Assembly (NCBI GenBank): GCA_016782605.1
Contig: JADHYE010000001.1
Coordinates: forward strand, 11,128 to 75,127
DNA: 64,000 bases
Reading direction: 5' to 3'
Origin: Minisyncoccota bacterium
GTDB lineage: Bacteria; Patescibacteriota; Minisyncoccia; Minisyncoccales; RBG-13-42-11
In this document: piece after piece, positions 1 to 8,235 of the stretch
Position numbering within the stretch: the first letter of the stretch is position 1
How the letters are laid out: each line of letters begins with the position of its first letter
Translations under genes and position numbers: made by a program
Notes under the pieces: generated by a model
The model's input: only the letters and a program-made list of their open reading frames with translations
Told to the model about the DNA's origin: nothing
Databases searched by the model: none

Positions 1-50
1 TTTCCGGGAAACTGGCAGAAAACGACATAATCGTAATCCTGAGCAAAGAG

Positions 51-1616
51 ATGGCTGACGCTTTCTTAAAAGAAAATCTTTTAAGCAAAATAGCAGCTAT
101 TTTCCCCTTCAGCCAAAGAAAGCTCAAAGAGGCCTTAAACGAAAAAAAAGAGCAATTAACCAAAACTTCCGGCCTCTGCCTGCTGATCGCCCTGACCAAA
201 CAAACAAGCTCAAAAGAAAAAGAAATGATGGCTGGAAAGAAAAGCTTCAAAATGTTTTCTCTGGTCAAAGAGGTCTCCGTCCTCTTTTCCCGCTTCGCTT
301 CCATAGGAAACTCAGCTAAAGAAGTTTTTAATCGCCGAGCTTTTATTCGTAAAAGCGAAGGCAAAGAAGAGATTTATCTCTTCGCTCCCCTGCTCAAACT
401 GGTCAAAAAAGCAAAGCTTCCAAAGCCTTCCTTCAGAATAAAAATACCTTTCAGAAAACCGCAGATAAAAATAGCAAAACTTAAATTATCTCTGCCGAAA
501 ATAAAAGTGCCGAATTTCAGCAAAAAAATAATCCTGATTTTAGCCTTAATCGCCTTCCTGGCTTTGGGCTTCTTCATTTTCCAAAATGAAGAAGAAAATG
601 ACATCCAAGAATACCAAAAACAGCTCAACCAGATTCAAGAAAAAATACACCAGGCAGAATCGTATCTGATTATCGCTGATTTCAATCCGCAGGCCAAAGA
701 AAACGCCAATAACATATATAAAGAGATCTGGGACGAGCTTTCCTCCCTGGAAAATATTTCATTGAATTTGCCCAAAACTGTCGCCAGCCAAGTCCAAGTT
801 TTAAGAAACACGGTTTCAGAAGATCTTTCTAAGTTGAACAATTTCGTACAAATACCAAAGCCAGAAGAAGTTTTTAAGTTTGAAGCGAAAACATTCATTC
901 CCCAGAAAATGATTTCATTTAACAATGAAATATATTGTTTCAGCTCTTTATCGAAAAACATACTTAAAATAAACCAGGAAAACAAAGACGAAATCCTGCA
1001 AATCAACGAGAAAATAAAATCAGCAACCCTGCTCTCAGATTCAATACTTTTTTTCTCAAAACCGAACAAACTAATTAATCTGAAAAACAGCCAATTCAGC
1101 GAAGCAATATTCCTTAAAGAGCCTTCAAATGACTTTGACTTTAACGCTTTGTCCTCTTTTCGCTCAAGCCTTTACTTTCTGGAAACCAAAAGCAATTCGA
1201 TTATAAGGTACCCTTTCTCCCAAGATCTAAGCTGGGGGAATCCTGAAGCCTGGATTTCTCCGGAAACAAAAACTGCTGTTGAGTTCAAATCAATAGCAGT
1301 TGACGGTTCTGTTTGGATTTTAACGAAGGAAAACACGATTGAAAGGTACTACAACGGCAAACTGCAAGAGACGATAAATATACAAACTTTTCCTTTCGTA
1401 AAAAACCTTTCAAAAATATTCACTTCCAACCAGCTCCAATATTTATATATCCTGGAGCCGGAGCAAAAAAGAATAATCATCTTAAATAAATCAGGACAAA
1501 CAATCAGACAATACCAAAGCGACAAATTCGACAATCTCTTGGACTTTTCAATTTCCCAAGACGGAAAAACAATCTGGCTTTTAAATGGCTTAACGCTTTA
1601 TAAACTAAATCTCTAA
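51..1616 (+). CDS. hypothetical protein with one predicted TM helix; may start upstream of the window, as there is no in-frame stop in bases 1-50
   Basis: long ORF; hydrophobic segment IILILALIAFLALGFFIF; no family recognised; contains one in-frame copy of the GAAGAG..CTCTTC hairpin motif at about 366-383. Confidence 0.4.
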   Translation: MADAFLKENLLSKIAAIFPFSQRKLKEALNEKKEQLTKTSGLCLLIALTKQTSSKEKEMMAGKKSFKMFSLVKEVSVLFSRFASIGNSAKEVFNRRAFIRKSEGKEEIYLFAPLLKLVKKAKLPKPSFRIKIPFRKPQIKIAKLKLSLPKIKVPNFSKKIILILALIAFLALGFFIFQNEEENDIQEYQKQLNQIQEKIHQAESYLIIADFNPQAKENANNIYKEIWDELSSLENISLNLPKTVASQVQVLRNTVSEDLSKLNNFVQIPKPEEVFKFEAKTFIPQKMISFNNEIYCFSSLSKNILKINQENKDEILQINEKIKSATLLSDSILFFSKPNKLINLKNSQFSEAIFLKEPSNDFDFNALSSFRSSLYFLETKSNSIIRYPFSQDLSWGNPEAWISPETKTAVEFKSIAVDGSVWILTKENTIERYYNGKLQETINIQTFPFVKNLSKIFTSNQLQYLYILEPEQKRIIILNKSGQTIRQYQSDKFDNLLDFSISQDGKTIWLLNGLTLYKLNL

Positions 1617-1653
1617 AAGAAAAAGGGTGGCCGGAAAAAGACACCAGCCACCC
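1615..1653 (-). terminator. intrinsic terminator for the 1739..2383 gene
   Basis: GGGTGGC..GCCACCC stem followed, on the minus strand, by a T-run. Confidence 0.5.
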
Positions 1654-1738
1654 TAAATAGATTCACAGGTGTTGACTAGAGTTAGCCATTTTTAAGCCAA
1701 TGGCTATATGGACGACCGTCGAGAGCGATGAACGCTCT

Positions 1739-2383
1739 TCAAGTTGCGCGTAGATGCGACAACAGTAACGGCGCCGACATAGACGATCTGGCTATTACTT
1801 CGGAAATACCATCAAATGTAATGCAATTACCAGAACAGGCTATAACTTCATGGCTTAAACTCTCACGGAAAAACATACCCGCGACAAATGCGCAGTCAAC
1901 CGAAACATCAGGGTGAAGCAGCCCGTGGCTTGTTGTTGTAGTAAGGCCGGGGCTGAACATTGGTGAATTGTCATGCATGGCAGAAGCCAGGTAGAGGGCA
2001 ACAAAATCGGCAGAAACGTTATCTGAATTCGCCGTAAGTCCTTGCTGCCCAATGGATACTCCTCCTTGCGTCATAGGCCGGAACACTGCAGCTCCCAGGG
2101 AGTCGGCTGTCGAACCGAATTGTATATAGTTTATGGAGCCGGAAAGCAAAACACCAGCGAGGTTCCTGCTTGACATATTTGATACCGACGGTGTGTAAGC
2201 GGAACCCAGGCCGTCAACAGGAATAGTGGCTACTGTCGGCCCACCATAGTCAGTTGGAACCATTTCGGGCGCGGCCGCTACCAGCCTTGGAGCAGCCATC
2301 GTCACGCATATGACGAAAACCAGAACAAGAATGCATACGAGAGACAATATTTTTCTCACTATGCTTATGACCCCCTTTTTCAT
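1739..2383 (-). CDS. hypothetical secreted or membrane-anchored Ala/Gly/Ser-rich protein; locally GC-rich (about 50%)
   Basis: 214-aa ORF with N-terminal hydrophobic signal-anchor; a TTGACA and extended -10-like promoter lies upstream; composition unlike its neighbours. Confidence 0.4.
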   Translation of the reverse strand: MKKGVISIVRKILSLVCILVLVFVICVTMAAPRLVAAAPEMVPTDYGGPTVATIPVDGLGSAYTPSVSNMSSRNLAGVLLSGSINYIQFGSTADSLGAAVFRPMTQGGVSIGQQGLTANSDNVSADFVALYLASAMHDNSPMFSPGLTTTTSHGLLHPDVSVDCAFVAGMFFRESLSHEVIACSGNCITFDGISEVIARSSMSAPLLLSHLRAT

Positions 2384-2537
2384 TTTTTCAGTCTCTTCCT
2401 GAAAGTCAGTATTACTTTTCTATATAATCACCCCCTTTTGTGAATCATTATGAAGTTGACAAAGCCAAAATTAGGCTACTAATTATATACATACGCTTAA
2501 ATAAAGCTATTGTCAATAGAAATTGTGGAAAAATAAA

Positions 2538-2572
2538 TTAAAAACAGCGCCTCTCAAAAAGCGCTGTTTCTA
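2538..2572 (-). terminator. intrinsic terminator downstream of rplL
   Basis: AAACAGCGC..GCGCTGTTT stem followed by T-run on the minus strand. Confidence 0.65.
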
Positions 2573-2585
2573 ATTCAAAGATAAT

Positions 2586-3002
2586 TTATTTCAATTCCAC
2601 TTTAGCTCCGGCCTCTTCAAACTTTTTCTTTAGTTCGTCAGCTTCTTCTTTCTTAGCATTCTCTTTGACTACCTGAGGGCCGGAAGCAGCTGCGTCAACC
2701 AGATCTTTAGCTTCTTTCAGTCCTTTCTGAGTGGCATCTCTGACAACTTTTATCACTTCAATCTTCTTTTCGCCGACAGCCGTTAAAACAACGTTGAACT
2801 CGCTCTTTTCTTCTTCTGCAGCTACGCCGGGAGCGGCAGCAACAGGAACAACAGCAACGGGAGCTAAAGCTGATACTCCAAACTTCTTTTCCAAAATCTT
2901 AACCAATTCAGCCAAGTCCAAAACAGACATCTTTTCAATTTCTTCAACTAGTTTTTTAAACTTTTCAGGAATCTTTACTTCTTTTTTTGTTTCTTCTGCC
3001 AT
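2586..3002 (-). CDS. rplL: 50S ribosomal protein L7/L12
   Basis: 138 aa; Ala/Glu/Lys-rich; C-terminal EAGAKVELK typical of L12. Confidence 0.9.
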   Translation of the reverse strand: MAEETKKEVKIPEKFKKLVEEIEKMSVLDLAELVKILEKKFGVSALAPVAVVPVAAAPGVAAEEEKSEFNVVLTAVGEKKIEVIKVVRDATQKGLKEAKDLVDAAASGPQVVKENAKKEEADELKKKFEEAGAKVELK

Positions 3003-3012
3003 ATTATTTGTC

Positions 3013-3047
3013 GATGAAGTTTCCCCCTTCGGGGTTTGCCTTCATCT
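3013..3047 (-). promoter_or_regulatory. stable GC-rich stem-loop in the rplJ-rplL spacer
   Basis: GATGAAGG..CCCCGAAGGGGG..CTTCATC nested hairpin with no U-tract; candidate processing or stability element. Confidence 0.4.
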
Positions 3048-3074
3048 TCACTTTCGTTTTTGCTCTGCAAAAAC

Positions 3075-3587
3075 TTAGTTTTTAATTATAGTTAATAAAT
3101 ATACCAGACCTTTAAGATTATATTGCAAAGAATATACAAGGTTTGAAACCGGAGCAGAAATGCTGCCCACCAGTTTTGCCAGAAGCTCTGGCTTTGTCGG
3201 AAGCTGAGCCAAAGCAATTATGTCCTCTTTATCTTTAAATGATCCTTCAACAAATCCGCCCAAAATCTTCAAATTCTCATTAGCCAACCCTGACTGATAA
3301 ACTGTTTTTGCCGGCATTATTTCGTCTTCAAATCCGAAAACCAAACCTATTTCCTCTTTGTATTTGTTCTTGTTAAAATCCAGCTTCTTTTCCTTTAAAG
3401 CTTTTTCTATCAATGTTTTCTTAGCTACCTGCAAATTACCTCCAATCTCTTTCAGTTTCTTCCTTAAATCAGACATATCTTTCACTTTTAAACCGGCAAT
3501 GCTAATAAAAATCATTGCTTTCTGCTTGGCAATTTTATCTTTCAAATCTTCAAGTATTTTTTGTTTTTGCAGTTTGGTTTGAGCCAT
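3075..3587 (-). CDS. rplJ: 50S ribosomal protein L10
   Basis: 170 aa; position immediately upstream of rplL; L10-like sequence. Confidence 0.85.
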   Translation of the reverse strand: MAQTKLQKQKILEDLKDKIAKQKAMIFISIAGLKVKDMSDLRKKLKEIGGNLQVAKKTLIEKALKEKKLDFNKNKYKEEIGLVFGFEDEIMPAKTVYQSGLANENLKILGGFVEGSFKDKEDIIALAQLPTKPELLAKLVGSISAPVSNLVYSLQYNLKGLVYLLTIIKN

Positions 3588-3850
3588 AGTGGTAATACTT
3601 AATTAATCGCGGCACGCGTCGCTTACGCTCCGCTAACACCGCTCTTTAGAAGACGAACGCAGTGAGGCGGGAAAAGAGATTTATCTCTTTGACCACTCTC
3701 GGTGCTCAATGAAGCTAAAGCTTCATTCCCCTTTCCGACATGGAATGGTTCTACTGAAACAAAAATGTCTGCTTTCCGCAGACAAAAATCAAGAAAAACT
3801 TAAAACTTTTCCTCGGCGGGTCTTATGGACGCCCACTGTCTGCGGATAAT
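3588..3850 (-). promoter_or_regulatory. long structured rplJ 5' leader with mutually exclusive terminator and antiterminator pairings
   Basis: On the gene strand, GTCTGCGGAAAGCAGAC followed by a U-run (plus coordinates 3761-3783) competes with pairing of CCGCAGACA (3837-3845) to TGTCTGCGG (3776-3784). An approximately 89-nt module (3639-3727) is near-identical to the rplK leader. Confidence 0.5.
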
Positions 3851-3852
3851 AC

Positions 3853-3882
3853 TAATTTATTATATATCCAGAATCTTGTCAA
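3853..3882 (-). promoter_or_regulatory. sigma70-like promoter for rplJ-rplL
   Basis: TTGACA (plus 3877-3882, minus strand), 16-17 bp spacer, then ATAAAT/TAAATT. Confidence 0.45.
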
Positions 3883-3992
3883 GTGTTTCAAAAAGAGTAA
3901 GGGATCCGGTATTAAGGGCTCCCTTATGATAAACATTATACCAGGCATCTTTTAGTGACCTAATAATACGTATTTTAGAATTTTTGTCAAGG

Positions 3993-5033
3993 TTATTTGA
4001 AATACTTTACCTTAGCCGTATTGTGTTCGTCCAAGGTTTTGCTAAAAATAGTTTCTCCTTCCCTGGTGGAAAGATAATACCAGTAATCGCTATCTTGAAG
4101 ATAAACAGCAGCGATAATGCTTTCAAGTCCAGGATTACAAATCGGACCCAAGGGAAGCCCTTTGTATTTGTAAGTATTGTAGGGAGAATCAATTTCTGTA
4201 CCAGAAGCGATCTCTGATCTCATTTCGTCAAACGTCCAGTTTTCTTTTCCTAAGATATAAGCAATGGTGGCGCAGCTGCGCAAGGGTTCGCTATTCTCAA
4301 TCTTTCCCCAGAAAATGCCAGAAACTATTTTTTTGTCCTCCAAAGTTATTACTTCCTTCTCAAGAATACTAGCCATGGTCACTATTTCAAAAATAGTTTT
4401 GCCTTGTTTCTTAATTTCCTCTCTTAATTCAGAATTCAATTTCTTATCGAAATTAATAAGCATTTTTTCAACAACGCTTTCCATGCTTTCTTTGCTGGTT
4501 TTCTCGTAAGTATCGGGAAAAAGATATCCTTCCAGACTTAAATTCTCAGGCTTATCTCTAAGAAAAGCAAAATCAGCAGAAAAATCTTTTGAAGAAGAAC
4601 CGGTTATCGGAGAACCGACCAATCCAAAAAAATCATCAGCCCCAAATAAACCTTTGCTTTCAAAATAAGAAGCGATATCCCTTAAACTCCATCCTTCAAT
4701 AATAGTGATCTTTTCCTTTATGACATTGCCGGAAAAAAGCTTGTCAGCAATCTGAGGCATATTCATTGAAGGAGACAAAATATATTCTCCTGCTTTTAAA
4801 TAAGAAGCCATTCCCACAGTCAAAACATAAACCCGGAAAACAGGAGACCACCTTATCAATCCCTGATTTTCCAAATTCAAGCCGATGTCCCTTGAACCCT
4901 GACCCTTTTCCACGCTGAAAATAACTTCTTTTTCAGAATTCTGTTCTACGGGCAAAATAACCAGCCAGGAAGCAATCAGAACAATAATAACGACAATAAT
5001 TAAAATTAAAGATTTTTTCACCCCGTATATCAA
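3993..5033 (-). CDS. mltG: endolytic murein transglycosylase MltG (YceG family)
   Basis: 346 aa; N-terminal TM segment; YceG-like sequence. The called TTG start and first four codons (MIYG) lie inside the adjacent repeat element. The true start may be the GTG spanning 5019-5021. Confidence 0.75.
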   Translation of the reverse strand: MIYGVKKSLILIIVVIIVLIASWLVILPVEQNSEKEVIFSVEKGQGSRDIGLNLENQGLIRWSPVFRVYVLTVGMASYLKAGEYILSPSMNMPQIADKLFSGNVIKEKITIIEGWSLRDIASYFESKGLFGADDFFGLVGSPITGSSSKDFSADFAFLRDKPENLSLEGYLFPDTYEKTSKESMESVVEKMLINFDKKLNSELREEIKKQGKTIFEIVTMASILEKEVITLEDKKIVSGIFWGKIENSEPLRSCATIAYILGKENWTFDEMRSEIASGTEIDSPYNTYKYKGLPLGPICNPGLESIIAAVYLQDSDYWYYLSTREGETIFSKTLDEHNTAKVKYFK

Positions 5034-5152
5034 CCTCCAAGCATTTTCAATGCGAAAATATCCTGAAGGCTGTCTTTATTTAATAATATATTCAACATAA
5101 TAACTTTGTTTGAGATTTTAATACGAAGTATTCTGGAAGTTGTATTACGGGG
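5021..5152 (+). mobile_element. Family-1 miniature inverted-repeat element, copy 1 (divergent inverted-repeat ends; flanked by TTCA direct repeats)
   Basis: ccccgtatatcaacctccaa ... ttggaagttgtattacgggg; shared core gcattttcaatgcgaaaa...; fills the pcm-mltG spacer. Confidence 0.8.
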
Positions 5153-5153
5153 T

Positions 5154-5789
5154 TCATTTTTTCAATAAAGGAACGAAAATAAACCCTGGATGTTCTTTTT
5201 CTTCAAAATCAGTTTCGTTCTTTTTAATTAAAAGCCAGATTGAAGAATCAACCGGAGCAACAATCCTGCCTCCGATTTTCAGCTGCTTTTTCCAAGAATC
5301 GGGAATATTAACAGCACTAGCAGATGCTAAAATCTTGTCAAACCCTTCGACAAACTCAGGGTGAGAGGAGATATTGGGATAACCGTTGTTTCCGTCAAGA
5401 CAGAAAAACTGAACAATCCCCTTTTTAACGAAATTATATTTTGAAACGTTTTTCTCGCCAAAGTCCTTCAATTCCTGGATTATATCAAGGGAAATAACCT
5501 TTCCTTTTTTACCGACAATTTCAGCTAACAAAGCGCTGGTCCAGCCAGAGCCTGAACCAACATCCAAAACCTTATCCCCTTCATGCAAATCCAGCAATTC
5601 CATCATAAAAGCAACAACCAAAGGCTGAGAAATGGTCTGGCCGAATCCTATAGGCAAAGCCTCGTTGATCTCTGCTAAATTCTTTGAGTCTTCCGGCAAA
5701 AAATCGCTTCTCTTTATTTTTTTAAAAGCTTCTATCACTTTCGGCGTTTTCAGCCAGTTATCTTTAATTAGCTCTTCAATAAGCGGCAT
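5154..5789 (-). CDS. pcm: protein-L-isoaspartate O-methyltransferase
   Basis: 211 aa; SAM-binding motif LDVGSGSGW. Confidence 0.85.
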   Translation of the reverse strand: MPLIEELIKDNWLKTPKVIEAFKKIKRSDFLPEDSKNLAEINEALPIGFGQTISQPLVVAFMMELLDLHEGDKVLDVGSGSGWTSALLAEIVGKKGKVISLDIIQELKDFGEKNVSKYNFVKKGIVQFFCLDGNNGYPNISSHPEFVEGFDKILASASAVNIPDSWKKQLKIGGRIVAPVDSSIWLLIKKNETDFEEKEHPGFIFVPLLKK

Positions 5790-5790
5790 A

Positions 5791-5860
5791 CTAGGTAGTA
5801 GAAATTCGACAAATTTATTTTTCTTTGCTGCCAGGCAGCAGTCGAATTTTCACTACCTGG
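5791..5860 (+). mobile_element. Family-2 miniature inverted-repeat element, copy A (flanked by CATA repeats)
   Basis: ctaggtagtagaaattcgac ... gtcgaattttcactacctgg inverted-repeat ends; its left end abuts the pcm ATG and the element overlaps the last approximately 15 codons and the stop of def. Confidence 0.75.
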
Positions 5861-6312
5861 CATAGTTTTTGTGGTAAACTCATTTTATCAATAAATAGTA
5901 TTCCGTCCAAGTGGTCAATCTCGTGCTGGAAAACCCTGGCTGACAATCCATCAACTTTCATTTTGATTTTTTCCCCCTGCAGATTAAGAAACTCCAGTTC
6001 CACTTCCTTAGCTCTTTTAATCTTTAAAAACAAACCAGGAAAACTCAAGCATCCCTCTTCCATGACTTCTGTCTTTCTGCTTTTCCGCACGATCTTTGGA
6101 TTTATGAAAACTTGCGACTTTCCTTCAAAAAAAGCAGCGATTATGCTTTTTGATTCGCCGATCTGAGAAGCAGCCAATCCAATGCCGTCTTTTTCCATCA
6201 TTATCTTTTTCATTTCTTCGGCCAATATCTTCACCTCCTCGGTTATCTCCTTGATCGCAGAAGATTTCTTTCTCAGTATTGGATTTGGATATTCTAATAT
6301 TTGCTTACTCAT
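5815..6312 (-). CDS. def: peptide deformylase
   Basis: 165 aa; motifs EGCLSFPG and HEIDHLDG; the C-terminal approximately 15 codons are encoded by the Family-2 element. Confidence 0.9.
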   Translation of the reverse strand: MSKQILEYPNPILRKKSSAIKEITEEVKILAEEMKKIMMEKDGIGLAASQIGESKSIIAAFFEGKSQVFINPKIVRKSRKTEVMEEGCLSFPGLFLKIKRAKEVELEFLNLQGEKIKMKVDGLSARVFQHEIDHLDGILFIDKMSLPQKLCQVVKIRLLPGSKEK

Positions 6313-7534
6313 GTCTTCTTAATGCATCAACTGGTTTTAATTTAGCAGCTGTCCTGGCCGGCAGAACTCCGGAAACGCAACCGATAATAAAAGAAAAAAC
6401 CAAGCCGAAAACAACCAAACCGAGGTTTACCGAAGCAGTAAAATAGAAAACAGGATGCACCTGTCCATAGAATTCAATACCTTTGGCCAGTAAGGAACCG
6501 AGCAGAGTGCCGCCTATCCCTCCAATTAAACCGACAATGCCCGCTTCAAAAAGAAATATCAAAAGGATAGCTGAGTTTTTCGCTCCAATTGCCTTCATGA
6601 TACCTATTTCTTTAGTCCTTTCTCTGACCGAAGTAAACATGCTGTTAGTAATTCCGATGCCCCCGACAATAATGGCAATGCTGGCAAAAGCAAAAATGAC
6701 CATCTGAATTATGCCCAAAATATTGCCGGCTATCGCCCCCATTTTTTCGGAAGTGATAACGGAAAAATCAGCCTCGTCGGTTCCTGACCTTCTCTTTCTT
6801 GTTTCGCTTAAGGCTTCTTCAATTTTTTGAGCCACGACATTCTCATCCACTCCGTCTTCAAGCTTAACCATGGCATAAGCAGCAGTGCCCCGCTTTTCTC
6901 CGGTAACGTCCTGGTAGACTTTCATATCCATATATACCATACTGTCGTCCTGCTTGCTGCCCAAGGAATCGAGCACTCCTGCCACCTGGAATTTTCTTCC
7001 CTTTATCGTTATTTCCGAACCGGCTTTCACTTCCTTTGAGAAAATTTCAGTGGCCACCTGGGAACCGATTAAAACTTCGTTTCCTTTGCTCGGCCACCTT
7101 CCTTCGGTCAAACTCCAGCCCTGAAAAATGCTCAAAATATCCAAACCTTCCTTCCACGGATCATAGCCGGCGATGGCTATTTGCTTTGATTCTTCCTTAA
7201 ACCTGGCAATAGCTCCGGTATAAGAAAATCCCAAAACCTTGTCTACGCCTTCTGCTTTTTTAATCGCTTCAATGTCTTCTTTCTGCAGCTTTGCGCCACC
7301 GAACATCATGGACGTAAGAAGATCTTCATCGCTGCCCGGCATAACCATAACCATTTCTCCGCCCATGGCCTGCAGCTGCTGGTTTATCGTTGATTTCAAT
7401 CCTTCTGACAGAGAAAGCAGGGAAATTATTAAAAAAACGCCAATGACAATGCCTAAAATAGTAAGAAAACTTCTCAATGACCTTGTTCTGATATTTCTGA
7501 CGGCAATATTAAAATATTCTTTTAATTCTTCCAT
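6305..7534 (-). CDS. ABC transporter permease (FtsX/MacB-type)
   Basis: 409 aa; N-terminal TM helix, large periplasmic domain, and C-terminal three-TM FtsX-like region. Confidence 0.8.
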   Translation of the reverse strand: MEELKEYFNIAVRNIRTRSLRSFLTILGIVIGVFLIISLLSLSEGLKSTINQQLQAMGGEMVMVMPGSDEDLLTSMMFGGAKLQKEDIEAIKKAEGVDKVLGFSYTGAIARFKEESKQIAIAGYDPWKEGLDILSIFQGWSLTEGRWPSKGNEVLIGSQVATEIFSKEVKAGSEITIKGRKFQVAGVLDSLGSKQDDSMVYMDMKVYQDVTGEKRGTAAYAMVKLEDGVDENVVAQKIEEALSETRKRRSGTDEADFSVITSEKMGAIAGNILGIIQMVIFAFASIAIIVGGIGITNSMFTSVRERTKEIGIMKAIGAKNSAILLIFLFEAGIVGLIGGIGGTLLGSLLAKGIEFYGQVHPVFYFTASVNLGLVVFGLVFSFIIGCVSGVLPARTAAKLKPVDALRRHE

Positions 7535-8235
7535 AAATAGTCTTTGGCAGTGGAATGGTTTTCAACTATCATGCCGTCTTCAATGTTTACTACCTGTTCG
7601 GCATAATTGGCGATCTTTGCATCATGGGTGACTACGACAACGGTCTTGCCCTCATTCTTGTGAAAATCGGTCAGCACTTCCATTATCTTTTCCCCGGTAA
7701 CAGAATCCAAATTTCCCGTCGGCTCGTCAGCGATAATCACTTCGGGATGATTGGCAAAAGCCCTGGCAATAGCCACTCTCTGGCGTTCGCCTCCGGAAAG
7801 CTCTCCTGGCCCATGGAAAATCCTATCCTCCAAATCAACGGAAACTAAAATGTCTTTTGCCCTCTTTTTTCTTTCTTCCTGGGCTATACCCTGAAAAGTC
7901 ATGGGTAGCATTACGTTTTCAATAGCTGAAAGATTAGAAAGTAAATTGAATTCCTGAAAAATAAAACCGAGTATCTTACCACGAAATTGAGCCAGTTGGC
8001 TTTCTGCCATTAAAGAAATGTCTTTGCCTTTTAAAAAAACTTTTCCCTTTGTCGGCGAATCCAAACAGCCGATAATATTTAAAAGAGTTGATTTGCCCGA
8101 GCCCGAAGACCCCATAATCGCCACAAAAGCGCCTGGAAAAATTTCCAGGCTCAATCCTCTTAAAGCGTGAACTTCTGTCTTTCCTAATTCGTAAGTTCTC
8201 CAGACATTATCCAGTTTAATAATTGGCTCTGCCAT
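7522..8235 (-). CDS. ABC transporter ATP-binding protein (MacB/LolD-like)
   Basis: 237 aa; Walker A GSSGSGKST; signature LSGGERQR; Walker B IIADEPT. Confidence 0.9.
   Translation of the reverse strand: MAEPIIKLDNVWRTYELGKTEVHALRGLSLEIFPGAFVAIMGSSGSGKSTLLNIIGCLDSPTKGKVFLKGKDISLMAESQLAQFRGKILGFIFQEFNLLSNLSAIENVMLPMTFQGIAQEERKKRAKDILVSVDLEDRIFHGPGELSGGERQRVAIARAFANHPEVIIADEPTGNLDSVTGEKIMEVLTDFHKNEGKTVVVVTHDAKIANYAEQVVNIEDGMIVENHSTAKDYLWKN

Noticed and set aside
2731-3078. antisense ORFs overlapping well-supported genes (for example 2731..3078+, 7239..7631+, 18087..18416-, 49681..50379+, 55198..55878+)
   Set aside because: They lie on the opposite strand of strongly supported housekeeping genes and have low-complexity or repetitive composition typical of antisense frames in AT-rich DNA.
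3671-3727. integron attC sites or REP/BIME elements as the identity of the small hairpin modules
   Set aside because: They lack the attC R'' / L'' / L' / R' core-site organisation and there is no intI gene in the window. They are kept as an unclassified repeat family.
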